A stretch of DNA of 62,515 nucleotides, taken from the NCBI GenBank assembly GCA_964510025.1, contig CAZDZV010000009.1, forward strand, positions 1 through 62,515. Reading direction: 5' to 3'. Position 1 is the first letter of the stretch; each line of letters opens with the position of its first letter. Below are positions 9,398 to 19,255 of the stretch, one piece after another. The translations under genes and the position numbers were made by a program. The notes beneath the pieces were generated by a model that did no database searches, was not told the origin of the DNA, and worked only from the letters and a program-made list of their open reading frames with translations. The stretch is from an uncultured Methanosarcinales archaeon. Its GTDB lineage: Archaea > Nanobdellota > Nanobdellia > Woesearchaeales > DATDXC01.

Positions 9398-10107
9398 CCT
9401 ATATATGCCTGCTCCGGTTGCTTCATTTTCTGCATCCTGCCCAGAAACTGCTCGAGCTCCTGCTCCATCTTCTCACCTAGCTCTTCAAGGTTCTTGATCT
9501 CAATGTCCATACCAAGGTAATTGTTGATCCCTCTGGTCACATTTGCAGCCGAGCTAGCTGGAGATATGCTCTGCTTTCCCGCCTTTAGGTTGCCTAGAAA
9601 GCATAGGACATCCAGCCCTTTCATGAGCAATGCTGCAGTTGTGCCGCCCACCACAGCATTTTGCAGCGAAGTGGCGTAGCTTTCTATCTTCTTGCATACA
9701 TTGCTCTTGCAATAGTTGGATATATAGAAAAGGTCAGATTCATCTTTTGCTGCGATCCCGTCAGCCACAACTATCTCACTCGCTCCCAGGTCCTTATATA
9801 TCCTTTCAATCAGGTCAGCGACCGCCCATTCCATGCCCTGGGAAGGAGCTAGTATTGATATAGCGATGATATTGCTCTCCTTGTTATGCAGGATGCTAAG
9901 CGGCTTAAGCATCCTGCCCTCCTTGATCGTCAGCATAGGCGGAGCGAGCCTCAGCTCTGAGCTTCCGACTTGCTCAAAGTCCAGGTTTTCGATGAGATTG
10001 TTCAGAGTCAGCGCTCCAACCAGGCCAAAACCCTGGTACCCGCATATTATTTTGGGATTTTTTATGGCGCTGCTGTTCTTTTGCTCTAGCCTTATTTTTT
10101 GTACCAT
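9394..10107 (-). CDS. PAC2 family proteasome assembly chaperone
   Basis: IICGYQGFGLVG, acidic C-terminal helix, C-terminal YIG. Confidence 0.8.
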   Translation of the reverse strand: MVQKIRLEQKNSSAIKNPKIICGYQGFGLVGALTLNNLIENLDFEQVGSSELRLAPPMLTIKEGRMLKPLSILHNKESNIIAISILAPSQGMEWAVADLIERIYKDLGASEIVVADGIAAKDESDLFYISNYCKSNVCKKIESYATSLQNAVVGGTTAALLMKGLDVLCFLGNLKAGKQSISPASSAANVTRGINNYLGMDIEIKNLEELGEKMEQELEQFLGRMQKMKQPEQAYIG

Positions 10108-10109
10108 GA

Positions 10110-10964
10110 TTATCCCCCTATTATCTCTCCGCCGTTCGGATGCAGTACCTGTCCTGTCATATATGCTGAATCTTCAGATGCCAAAAAGACATAGCATCCT
10201 GCCACTTCTTCCGGCTGTCCCGCTCTTCCCATGGGGACATCGCTGCCGAACGACGGAATATGGTCCTTCGGAAAGCTTGAAGGTATCAACGGCGTCCATA
10301 TCGGACCCGGCGCTACTGCATTGACCCTGATCCCCTTTTCAATAAGTGATTTGGAGAGTGATCTTGTGAAGCCTATGATGGCGCCCTTGCTTGCTGCATA
10401 GTCTATCAGGTGATGGCTTCCCCTGTAAGCTGTCACCGAGCTGGTATTGATTATTACTGAACCTTTTTTCATGCATTTCAGCGCTGCCTTGGTAAGATGG
10501 AACATCGCAAACACATTGACCGCAAATGTCTTTTCCAGCTGCTGCGCCGATATATCTGTAATGCTTTTTGCGTGATATTGCACAGCTGCGTTGTTTACCA
10601 GTATATCTATCTTCTTGAACCTCGAGGCGACCATACCTATAGATGTCCTGCAAAAACTCTCGTCCGATATATCGCCGTCGATAAGCATACATTTCCTGCC
10701 CAGGTCCTGGATTATCTTCTGGGTCGCCTCTGCATCCTCATGCTCGTTCAGATATATTATGGCGATATCAGCTCCTTCCCTGGCAAATGTGATCGCAACC
10801 GATTTTCCGATTCCTGAATCTCCTCCGGTGATCGCAGCAACCTTACCTGCTAGCTTTCCGGCTGGTATGTAGCCTATATTTAGGCTAGCTGGTTCAGGTC
10901 TCATCAGGTGTTCCTTTCCCGGATGTTCTTCCTGATGCTGCGGAGGAAAATGTTCCTCCTCCAT
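10110..10964 (-). CDS. SDR oxidoreductase (YhdF/YghA general-stress type)
   Basis: ITGGDSGIG, NNAA, YAASK, NAVAPGPIWTPLIP, GQVLHPNGG. Confidence 0.9.
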   Translation of the reverse strand: MEEEHFPPQHQEEHPGKEHLMRPEPASLNIGYIPAGKLAGKVAAITGGDSGIGKSVAITFAREGADIAIIYLNEHEDAEATQKIIQDLGRKCMLIDGDISDESFCRTSIGMVASRFKKIDILVNNAAVQYHAKSITDISAQQLEKTFAVNVFAMFHLTKAALKCMKKGSVIINTSSVTAYRGSHHLIDYAASKGAIIGFTRSLSKSLIEKGIRVNAVAPGPIWTPLIPSSFPKDHIPSFGSDVPMGRAGQPEEVAGCYVFLASEDSAYMTGQVLHPNGGEIIGG

Positions 10965-10966
10965 AT

Positions 10967-11101
10967 TCAATCCCTTGACAGCTTATACAATGCCTTGATG
11001 GCCACGACTGCCGGCGTCGGCAGCACGATGGATATAAGCCCTGCCAGCAGAACAGCTCCCCCTGCGATGGCAACAGATATCTTCCTTACAAGCTTCAGCA
11101 T
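10967..11101 (-). CDS. 44-aa membrane peptide (PGPGW-family-like)
   Basis: Hand translation MLKLVRKISVAIAGGAVLLAGLISIVLPTPAVVAIKALYKLSRD; first gene of the minus-strand run. Confidence 0.5.
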   Translation of the reverse strand: MLKLVRKISVAIAGGAVLLAGLISIVLPTPAVVAIKALYKLSRD

Positions 11102-11186
11102 CTCCCGTGGAAGTCGAACCCAGTATATAAAGTCTCACAATATGCTAATCGCAAATTATAAATAGTTTCTAGTTTCCTTGCTATGC

Positions 11187-11714
11187 ATGTCCATAGATAT
11201 ATTTATTAGAAAAGAAAAGATAATTTCAAAGGTAAAAGAGCTAGCTGCCAGGATAGTCAAGGACAATATTGATAAAGACATCCTGCATCTTGTTATTGTG
11301 CTCACCGGAGCTAAGACATTTGCAGCAGACCTCGCAAGGGAGATAAGAAAACTGCATCCATTTAGCATAAAAGAGCACTATGTGAAGCTCAGCAGCTATT
11401 CCGGAGAGAGATCTACAGGCAGTATAAAGGTGAAGAAGGACATAGGCAATATCAGGGGCTACGATGTCATCATAGTGGAAGATATAGTTGACACAGGGCT
11501 TACCTTAAGCTTCCTCAGGAAGCATCTTCTGGACAAAGGCGCCAGATCAGTGAAGATAGCCTCTTTTTTAGACAAGCCTTCAAGAAGAAGATTTCCTGTG
11601 AAGATAGATTATGCAGGATTCACGGTTCCTGACAAGTTCATTGTCGGCTACGGCCTTGATTACAATGAGAAGTACAGGGAGCTGAGATATATAGGTGTTT
11701 TGGTTGAAGATTAA
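11187..11714 (+). CDS. hpt: Hypoxanthine phosphoribosyltransferase
   Basis: VLTGAKTFAADL, LSSY, VIIVEDIVDTGLTL, DKPSRR, FIVGYGLDYNEKYR. Confidence 0.93.
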   Translation: MSIDIFIRKEKIISKVKELAARIVKDNIDKDILHLVIVLTGAKTFAADLAREIRKLHPFSIKEHYVKLSSYSGERSTGSIKVKKDIGNIRGYDVIIVEDIVDTGLTLSFLRKHLLDKGARSVKIASFLDKPSRRRFPVKIDYAGFTVPDKFIVGYGLDYNEKYRELRYIGVLVED

Positions 11715-12690
11715 AGGAAGGGACTACAGGACAGTATGGCTGGAAGCCGGCACCATAAAGATAATCGACCAGTCGCTATTGCCTCATAAATTCAGGATAG
11801 TATCCATAAGGTCTCCCAGGGAGGCGGCAGCAGCTATAAAGACCATGAGGATCAGGGGAGCCCCTGCGATAGGCGCTCTGGCAGCCTATAGCCTAGCTGT
11901 TGCGATATCGAAGGGCTTGGATCCAGGAAAAACAAAAAAGCTTCTTAAGCAGACCAGGCCGACAGGTTATGACCTTTCATATGCCCTTGACTGCATCTAC
12001 GGCAGCTTCAGGAAAAATGGCAGACAGGGAATCATCGAGGCTGCAGAAGATTATGCAGCAAAAAGCATCAAGGCATGCATGCTAATAGGCAGGTTTGGCG
12101 CAAAACTGATAAAGAGGAATTCCAGGATCCTGACCCACTGCAACGCCGGTGCTTTAGCTGCAGTCGATCATGGGACAGCGCTTGCTCCTATAAGGGCAGC
12201 AAAGAAAAAGGATATCTTTGTATATGTTGATGAGACAAGGCCGAGGCTGCAGGGAGCAAGGCTCACCGCTTTTGAGCTTGCTGAAGAAAAGATACCTCAT
12301 GCTGTCATCACAGACAATGCAGCTGGCTATTTTATGCAGACGGGCCAGGTGGATCTGGTGATAACAGGTGCTGACAGGATTGCGTTGAACGGCGATGCAG
12401 CCAACAAGATAGGGACATATGAGAAAGCAGTGCTGGCAAAAGAGAACAACATCCCATTTTATATTGCAGCTCCTGTATCCACCATCGACCTAAACACAGC
12501 TTCAGGCAAAGAGATAGCTATAGAGGAGAGATCGCCTGAGGAGGTGCTGTCTGTTATGGGCAGGAGGATAGCTTCCAGGAGCAGCGTAGCCCTGAATCCC
12601 TCTTTTGATGTGACCCCTGCCAGGTATATCAGGGGGATAATAACCGAGAAAGGCATAATGAAGCCCAAAGAGATACGGCACCTAAAATGA
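11695..12690 (+). CDS. mtnA: S-methyl-5-thioribose-1-phosphate isomerase
   Basis: IRGAPAIG, LTHCNAGALA, DETRPRLQGARLTA, GADRI, NKIGTY, NPSFDVTP. Confidence 0.93.
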   Translation: MFWLKIKGRDYRTVWLEAGTIKIIDQSLLPHKFRIVSIRSPREAAAAIKTMRIRGAPAIGALAAYSLAVAISKGLDPGKTKKLLKQTRPTGYDLSYALDCIYGSFRKNGRQGIIEAAEDYAAKSIKACMLIGRFGAKLIKRNSRILTHCNAGALAAVDHGTALAPIRAAKKKDIFVYVDETRPRLQGARLTAFELAEEKIPHAVITDNAAGYFMQTGQVDLVITGADRIALNGDAANKIGTYEKAVLAKENNIPFYIAAPVSTIDLNTASGKEIAIEERSPEEVLSVMGRRIASRSSVALNPSFDVTPARYIRGIITEKGIMKPKEIRHLK

Positions 12691-13283
12691 CTGAGATCTA
12701 TTCTGGCATAAAGTTTAAGGTGACCTTTGACAAGAACAGAAAGCCTGTTTCGAAAAAATCAGAGCTTCTAAAAGCCTGGTCTAGAAAATTTTCAGAGCTG
12801 GGCCTGGCTCCAAGATACGAAAACGGCTGCGGAGGCAACCTAAGCTTCAGGACATCAGGCGGATTCATAATCACTGCAGCTGGCTCAGATCTGGGCAAGC
12901 TGGATGACAGTGACCTTGTCGAGGTGCTTGCTGCGGACATAAGCACCAGGCAGGTCTTTGTTATTGGGGTGAAAGAGCCTTCCTCAGAATCCATCCTGCA
13001 TCATGAGATATACCAAAGGAGGCATGACATAAATGCGGTTTTTCACGGGCATGATGACCTGGTGCTCCGGTACAACTCTCAGCTAAAGCTTCCAGTCACA
13101 GAGAAAGAGCATCCCTACGGCACCATTGCACTTGTATGGGCAGTCACAAGACTGCTCAAAGACGACTATATCCTGCTGAAAAACCACGGGTTTCTTGCTC
13201 TGGGAAAAGATATGGATGAAGCTGGAAAGCTCTCGCTGAAAAAGCACTATGATGCGCTGAAGGTTTCAGAATTCTCCGTCTAG
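12687..13283 (+). CDS. Class II aldolase/adducin family protein (FucA/MtnB-like)
   Basis: GGNLSFR, PSSESILH, AVFHGH, LKNHG metal-binding His set. Confidence 0.85.
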   Translation: MTEIYSGIKFKVTFDKNRKPVSKKSELLKAWSRKFSELGLAPRYENGCGGNLSFRTSGGFIITAAGSDLGKLDDSDLVEVLAADISTRQVFVIGVKEPSSESILHHEIYQRRHDINAVFHGHDDLVLRYNSQLKLPVTEKEHPYGTIALVWAVTRLLKDDYILLKNHGFLALGKDMDEAGKLSLKKHYDALKVSEFSV

Positions 13284-13289
13284 ATGCAT

Positions 13290-14528
13290 CTATGTGAATG
13301 TTCTGGCAACTTCATTTGCTTCTGCCACTATCTCCTCCTCTCCTGCTATCTTCCTTCCCTGCATCACTATCCTGCCGTCACAGATTGTGCTGTCCACACA
13401 GCTTCCGTTTGCCGAATAGACTATGTTTGATACCAGGTTGTGCCGAGGATTCAGGCTTATATCATTTAGATTTACCAGTATGATGTCTGCGAGCCTTCCC
13501 TCTGCTATCTCTCCGCATCGCAGCCCGAAAGCTTTTGCGCAGCCTGCTGTAGCCATCTGAAAAGCCTCTGCCGCAGGCATAACTATCGGGCTCTCTATCT
13601 TCTGCAGCAGGGCTGCAAACTTCATCTCTTCGAACATGTCTAGATTGTTGTTGGAGGCGCATCCGTCGGTGCCTAAGGCGATCGTAAGTCCTGCTTTTCT
13701 CATCTCCTTGTAAGGCAATATCCCGCTTGACAGCTTCATGTTCGAGCAGGGATTGTGCGCTATCTTTACATCATGCTTCTTAAGCAGCCTTATCTCATTT
13801 TTGTTCAGCCATATGGCATGGCATGCTATAAGCTTGCCGCTAAGGAATCCGATATCATCCAGGTATTCTACAGGCCTTTTCTTGTGCTTCTTTACACATT
13901 CATCCACCTCATGCTTGGACTCTGACACGTGCATGTGTATGATGACATCATTCTTGTCAGAAAATTCCTTTGCCCATCTCAGGCTTTCTTCTGAAACTGT
14001 ATAGACCGCATGCGGCCCCAGCGAAAACATGATCCTCCTGCTGTATTTTTTCGTCTCTTCAAACAGTTTTTTGTTAAGCTTTATCTGCTCTTCTGCTTTT
14101 TGCTTGTCAAACATGTCTATGAATACAGCTGACACAGCTGCCCTTATCCCCATCTCCTCAGCTGCCCTTGCTGTCCCATGATAGTGCCAGTACATGTCAT
14201 TGAAAAAAGTGGTACCAGACTTTATCATCTCCAGGCATGCCAATTTCGCTCCAGTATATATCTCCTTTTCTGAAAGCTTGGCTTCCAGCGGCCATATCTT
14301 TTTCTGCAGCCATTCCATGACATCCATGTCATCCGCATATCCCCTCATCAGCGACATTGCAGCATGGGTATGCGCATTCATCAATGACGGGAAAGCTGCC
14401 TTGCCCTTGCCGTCGATCTTGTGTTCAGCTTCGCTGCTTACGCTGCCTATTTCAGAGATGATGTTCTCTTCGATAAGGATGTCTGTTTGCTTGCCGTTGA
14501 CCAGAACATCCTTTATGACTATGCTCAT
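13290..14528 (-). CDS. mtaD: MTA/SAH/5'-deoxyadenosine deaminase (amidohydrolase)
   Basis: NAHTH, GPHAVYT, HMHVSES, HNPCSNMKL, LGTDGCASNNNLDMFEEMK. Confidence 0.88.
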   Translation of the reverse strand: MSIVIKDVLVNGKQTDILIEENIISEIGSVSSEAEHKIDGKGKAAFPSLMNAHTHAAMSLMRGYADDMDVMEWLQKKIWPLEAKLSEKEIYTGAKLACLEMIKSGTTFFNDMYWHYHGTARAAEEMGIRAAVSAVFIDMFDKQKAEEQIKLNKKLFEETKKYSRRIMFSLGPHAVYTVSEESLRWAKEFSDKNDVIIHMHVSESKHEVDECVKKHKKRPVEYLDDIGFLSGKLIACHAIWLNKNEIRLLKKHDVKIAHNPCSNMKLSSGILPYKEMRKAGLTIALGTDGCASNNNLDMFEEMKFAALLQKIESPIVMPAAEAFQMATAGCAKAFGLRCGEIAEGRLADIILVNLNDISLNPRHNLVSNIVYSANGSCVDSTICDGRIVMQGRKIAGEEEIVAEANEVARTFT

Positions 14529-15145
14529 TTTAGCGCATCAAGGATGCTCTTTATCTTATGTATGTTTTCCATCTGCATTTTCCTGATCATCTCAAAGCTT
14601 AATGGCTTCTTTCCGATGCCGTTCGCATAGTTGTCCACAGAGCAAAGGCAGGCATACTTTAGGCCCTGCTCTTTTGCCAAGGTCGCTTCATCCGGCATCG
14701 TCATGCCCACTATGTCAGCATAGTCGCTTATGAACCTTACCTCAGCCTGAGTTTCGAACCTGGGGCCCATGGTGCGGATATACACTGCCTTTTTCACTGT
14801 CTTTATCCTGGCTTTTTTTGCTGCTTCAATCAGCTTCTTTCTGAGACTTTCATCAAGACCAGGGACAATATGCCTTGCTTTTATGTCATGGTAGGTCTCT
14901 ATGTGCTTTAGATTTATATAATCATGCGGCACTACAATAGCGCCCGGCCTTATCTTTTCCTTTAATGAGCCTACTGAACTTATCCCTATTATATTCTTGA
15001 TGCCTTTTTTTTTGATCCTGACTATGTTCTTCCTGTGGTTGATCTTGTGCGGTGGAATCCCTTTCCCATGCCTTTGCAGGAATACTATTCCTTTCTTCCT
15101 GTAATGCCTGAACCCTGAGCCGCCTATTATTGCTGTCTTTTGCAT
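14525..15145 (-). CDS. S-methyl-5'-thioinosine phosphorylase-type (MTAP family)
   Basis: IIGGSG, QRHG, PPHKIN, GPRFETQAE, VGMT; DNYA (Asn, 6-oxopurine type) rather than TDYD. Confidence 0.82.
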   Translation of the reverse strand: MQKTAIIGGSGFRHYRKKGIVFLQRHGKGIPPHKINHRKNIVRIKKKGIKNIIGISSVGSLKEKIRPGAIVVPHDYINLKHIETYHDIKARHIVPGLDESLRKKLIEAAKKARIKTVKKAVYIRTMGPRFETQAEVRFISDYADIVGMTMPDEATLAKEQGLKYACLCSVDNYANGIGKKPLSFEMIRKMQMENIHKIKSILDALK

Positions 15146-15328
15146 AGCATAACCTCTTTTTGGCGATTATTTAAATATTTTGGTTTCTGCCATCAACAAT
15201 GTTTTTTGGTCTGTTCCTCTCCTGGCGCTATGAAGCAGCAGTTATCTGAAATTGATTGGCACAACCATAAATTTTATAAATAGCAAAGCTCCATATCCTA
15301 TAATGCAGCATTCTCATGGAGGCAACTG

Positions 15329-17023
15329 ATGGTCAGATATATCGTAGTTGTAGGGGGCGTGATCTCAGGTGTCGGCAAAGGTGTTACGACAGCCTCTATA
15401 GCCAAGATCCTGCAGGAATACGGATATAAGGTAACTGCGATAAAGATAGACCCATACATAAATTTTGATGCAGGCACCCTCAGGCCTACAGAGCATGGCG
15501 AAGTATGGGTCACATCGGACGGTGGGGAGATCGACCAGGACCTTGGAAATTATGAAAGGTTTCTGGGCATGGACATACCCAAGATGAACAACATCACCAC
15601 TGGCCAGATCTACAAGAAGGTCATAGATAACGAGAGAGAAGGCAGGTACCTCGGAAAGACAGTCCAGTTCATCCCCCACATCCCAGATGAGATAAAGAGA
15701 AGGATAAAGAATGCGTCAAAAGGATATGATTTCTGCCTTATCGAGATAGGCGGGACTATCGGAGATTATGAGAACATCCCTTTCCTGTTCTCTGTAAAAA
15801 GCCTTGAGACAGAGGTTGGCAGGAACAACCTTTCGTATATACTGATCACATATCTGCCTATCCCCACCCATATATCTGAGATGAAGACAAAGCCTACACA
15901 GCAGGCCATCCGCCTGCTGACAGAACAGGGAATCATACCTGATTTCATAATCTGCAGGGCCAACAAGCCTCTTGATGCTATCAGGAAAAAAAAGATAGAG
16001 ACCTATGCCAACATAAAGTCAGACCATATCATCTCAGAGCCAGACATTGACACTATCTACAGGATACCTCTTGACCTGGAAAAGGAAAAGCTGGGCGCTA
16101 AGCTGCTGAAGAAATTCTCCCTTAAGCAAAGGAAGAAGCCGGACTGGAAAAGATGGAAAAAGCTGGTGGAGGCCATTGTTTCCAGCAAAAAAGAGGTAAA
16201 GGTGGCCATGGTAGGCAAATACGTGGATATCGGAGACTATAGCCTGGCTGATTCATATATCTCGATAAACCAGGCATTGCAGCATGCAGCTGCCAATCTG
16301 AACGTGAATGTTGCAATAGACTGGCTTGATGCTAAGACCTTTGAGAGGGGTGATGCCTCATGCCTAAGTTCATATGACGGGATAATCGTGCCTGGTGGTT
16401 TTGGAAGCTCTGGCGTCGAAGGAAAGATCAAGGCCATAAGATATGCAAGGGAGAATAACATACCCTATCTTGGCCTATGCCTTGGCCTGCAGCTGGCGGT
16501 AGTGGAATTTGCCAGAAATGTCTGCGGCATGCATGGTGCGCATTCCACAGAGGTATCCAAGGGGAGATATCCTGTTATAGACATGCTGCCCACCCAGAAA
16601 AAGATTATCGAGGAGAATAGGTATGGGGGCACTATGCGTCTGGGAGCATATGCAGCTATACTTAGGGAAAAAACCAGGGTGGCTGGCCTCTACAGGAAAA
16701 GGATACAGGATGATAGGGGCAAGATATTGAAACTGAAAAATAGAAATTCCTTCAGGCTGGGCATATTGGAAAAAGGGAAAAAGGTTGTACTTGAAAGGCA
16801 CCGCCATAGGTATGAGGTAAATCCGATATTCATCGACAGGCTGGAAAGCAAGGGCATGGTATTTTCCGGATACCATACGAGAAAAGACAAGAAAAAACTG
16901 ATGGAATTTATTGAGCTCCCTAAGCATAGGTTCTTTATAGCTACCCAGGCTCATCCAGAGTTTAAGTCAACGCTTACAGACCCCGCCCCTTTGTTCTACG
17001 GTTTCCTGAAAGCAGCTATCTAG
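15329..17023 (+). CDS. pyrG: CTP synthase
   Basis: GGVISGVGKG, KIDPYIN, HGEV, KTKPTQ, GLCLG, ERHRHRYE, QAHPEF. Confidence 0.97.
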   Translation: MVRYIVVVGGVISGVGKGVTTASIAKILQEYGYKVTAIKIDPYINFDAGTLRPTEHGEVWVTSDGGEIDQDLGNYERFLGMDIPKMNNITTGQIYKKVIDNEREGRYLGKTVQFIPHIPDEIKRRIKNASKGYDFCLIEIGGTIGDYENIPFLFSVKSLETEVGRNNLSYILITYLPIPTHISEMKTKPTQQAIRLLTEQGIIPDFIICRANKPLDAIRKKKIETYANIKSDHIISEPDIDTIYRIPLDLEKEKLGAKLLKKFSLKQRKKPDWKRWKKLVEAIVSSKKEVKVAMVGKYVDIGDYSLADSYISINQALQHAAANLNVNVAIDWLDAKTFERGDASCLSSYDGIIVPGGFGSSGVEGKIKAIRYARENNIPYLGLCLGLQLAVVEFARNVCGMHGAHSTEVSKGRYPVIDMLPTQKKIIEENRYGGTMRLGAYAAILREKTRVAGLYRKRIQDDRGKILKLKNRNSFRLGILEKGKKVVLERHRHRYEVNPIFIDRLESKGMVFSGYHTRKDKKKLMEFIELPKHRFFIATQAHPEFKSTLTDPAPLFYGFLKAAI

Positions 17024-17039
17024 CGCAGAAACAGGATAT

Positions 17040-18662
17040 CTAGTGCAGAAACAGCCTTGTCCCTGTAAAAACCATCACAAGGCCATGCTCATTAGCTGCT
17101 TCAATGACTTCTTTGTCTCTTATCGAGCCGCCTGGCTGGATTACAGCATCTATACCTGATTTTGCAGCCTCATCGATCCCGTCCCTGAAAGGGAAGAATG
17201 CGTCGGATGCCATCACAGCCCCCTTTGCCCTGCCTGCTGATTTTCTTGTAGCTATGATAGTGGCATCTACCCTTGACATCTGGCCAGCTCCTATGCCGAC
17301 TGTAACCATGTCCTTTGCGTACAATACAGAGTTGGATTTGACATGCTTGCACACTTTCATCGCAAATACCATGTCTTTAAGCTGTTCAGCTGTAGGCTGC
17401 TTTTTGGTTACGCATATAAGCTCTTTTAGTCTGTCTTTCCTGGCATCTTCTGTAAGCTTCATTATGTCTTCCTTTGTCGGAGAGTTGTTTTTCACCACCC
17501 TGACTTCAGATGGATTCAGCGCTGGAAAGTTTCTTGACTGAACCAGCATACCTCCGACAACCTTCTTCATTGTCCACGGCTCCTTTCCTCCTGAGCCATA
17601 GCAAGCTTCAAGATTAGCAAGCTTCAATACTCTCCTGTTCTTCTTTTTCTTGAGCATCTCCAGCGCCTCTTCATCATAGTCTGGCGCGATTATTACTTCG
17701 ATAAATTTGTCCTTTAGGAACTCGGCACATCTTGCGTTGCATTTCCTGTTCAGCGCGATGATGCAGCCAAATGCGCTCAATGCATCAGCATTGTATGCCT
17801 CTCTCAAGGCATCTTCTATCTTGTGCCTCACAGCCACACCGCTTGGGTTGGCATGCTTGATCACAGCTGCGCAGGGCTCGCAGAATTCCTTGATTATCTC
17901 CAAAGCCCCGTCGCTGTCCATGATATTATTGTAAGACATCTCCTTCCCGTAGAGCTGTTCTGCGTCGCCTATCCCAGGCTCATTTATCAGCGCATCAACA
18001 TAGAAGGCAGCATCCTGGTATGGGTTTTCACCGTACCTCATCTCCTGCTTTTTCAGCATGGTCCCTATCAGTATCTCAGGGAACTCATGCTCATTGTATG
18101 CAAGATACCTGGCGATATTTGCATCATACTGGAAGGTTTCCTGGAACACCTTGAAAGCGAACTCCTTTCTTTTCTCCAAAGGTATCTCCTTTCCCGCCTT
18201 AAGCTGCTCGATGACATATTTATAGTCCGCAGGATCGATAAGAACGACAACATCCCTGAAATTTTTGGCAGCTGATCTGATCATGGACGGCCCTCCGATG
18301 TCGATCATCTCTATCGTATCCTCAAAGCTCTTGTGCTGCCTTACAGTATCTTCGAATGGATACAGGTTGACGACCACCATATCTATCATCTCTATCTTAT
18401 TTTCTTTAGCCTGCACCATATGCTCCTTGTTGTCCCTTAGGGCCAGCAATCCGCCGTGTATCTTAGGGTGAAGGGTCTTTACCCTGCCATCCATCATCTC
18501 AGGAAACCCCGTATAGCCAGAAACATCCCTGACCTTTATCCCTTCCTGCTTCAGCTTTTTAGCTGTCCCTCCTGTGGAGACTATCTCCACTCCCAGCTTG
18601 TCAAGCTCTCTGGCGAATTCAACTATCCCTGTTTTGTCATAGACAGATATTAATGCTTTCAT
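17040..18662 (-). CDS. purH: Bifunctional AICAR transformylase/IMP cyclohydrolase
   Basis: ALISVYDK, GRVKTLHP, IDIGGP, RYGENP, KHANP, GAGQMSRVD, SDAFFPF. Confidence 0.96.
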   Translation of the reverse strand: MKALISVYDKTGIVEFARELDKLGVEIVSTGGTAKKLKQEGIKVRDVSGYTGFPEMMDGRVKTLHPKIHGGLLALRDNKEHMVQAKENKIEMIDMVVVNLYPFEDTVRQHKSFEDTIEMIDIGGPSMIRSAAKNFRDVVVLIDPADYKYVIEQLKAGKEIPLEKRKEFAFKVFQETFQYDANIARYLAYNEHEFPEILIGTMLKKQEMRYGENPYQDAAFYVDALINEPGIGDAEQLYGKEMSYNNIMDSDGALEIIKEFCEPCAAVIKHANPSGVAVRHKIEDALREAYNADALSAFGCIIALNRKCNARCAEFLKDKFIEVIIAPDYDEEALEMLKKKKNRRVLKLANLEACYGSGGKEPWTMKKVVGGMLVQSRNFPALNPSEVRVVKNNSPTKEDIMKLTEDARKDRLKELICVTKKQPTAEQLKDMVFAMKVCKHVKSNSVLYAKDMVTVGIGAGQMSRVDATIIATRKSAGRAKGAVMASDAFFPFRDGIDEAAKSGIDAVIQPGGSIRDKEVIEAANEHGLVMVFTGTRLFLH

Positions 18663-19255
18663 GTTTTGGTCACGTGATTCTCAAAATTGCTTAGTACATC
18701 ATTCCATGGCATATCCGGGAACCTTTCAGTAGAGCAATCCCTCAATACCTCAATCACGACCTCCTTAACAAGCGCCCGGCCGCTGTACTCTCTTTCTTTG
18801 CTGGCCGTTACAGCGCCTATTGCCTGGCTTATGTCAAACCTAAGGTTGCCTTCGATAACAGCAGGATGTCTTCTCTTCACCTCCGTTACAAGATAGTCGG
18901 CAAGGGCTCTATAAAGGTCATCTCCATGGTCATATATATCATAACGCTGCACTGTAAGCTCCCCAGTCCTGATAAGCCTGTCCACCCAGTTTATCTTTCT
19001 CTCCCGCGCAGCCTTGTGCATACCAGGTTCCATATCTTCCCATTCACCTATCAGCCTTCCGAGATAAGGGATTAGTTCAGCTCTTTCGCTTGCCTTGATC
19101 CTGTTCCTGGCTGCTGTCCTATAGGCCTGCTGCGCTGTAGTCAGGCTATGATATAGCTCAAGCTCGTACATGCAGTCTGCAAGGCACCACAACGGTAGTG
19201 TCCTGAAATCTCTTTCATATCTTCTTACCAATGAAGCATATGTAATATCCCTCAC
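18659..19255 (-). CDS. Hypothetical protein inserted between purN and purH
   Basis: 198-aa ORF abutting the purN stop and overlapping the purH start. Confidence 0.6.
   Translation of the reverse strand: MRDITYASLVRRYERDFRTLPLWCLADCMYELELYHSLTTAQQAYRTAARNRIKASERAELIPYLGRLIGEWEDMEPGMHKAARERKINWVDRLIRTGELTVQRYDIYDHGDDLYRALADYLVTEVKRRHPAVIEGNLRFDISQAIGAVTASKEREYSGRALVKEVVIEVLRDCSTERFPDMPWNDVLSNFENHVTKT

Noticed and set aside
11101..11125. tRNA fragment (GGGTTCGACT on the minus strand)
   Set aside because: Only a T-loop-like 10-mer; no cloverleaf can be built around it.
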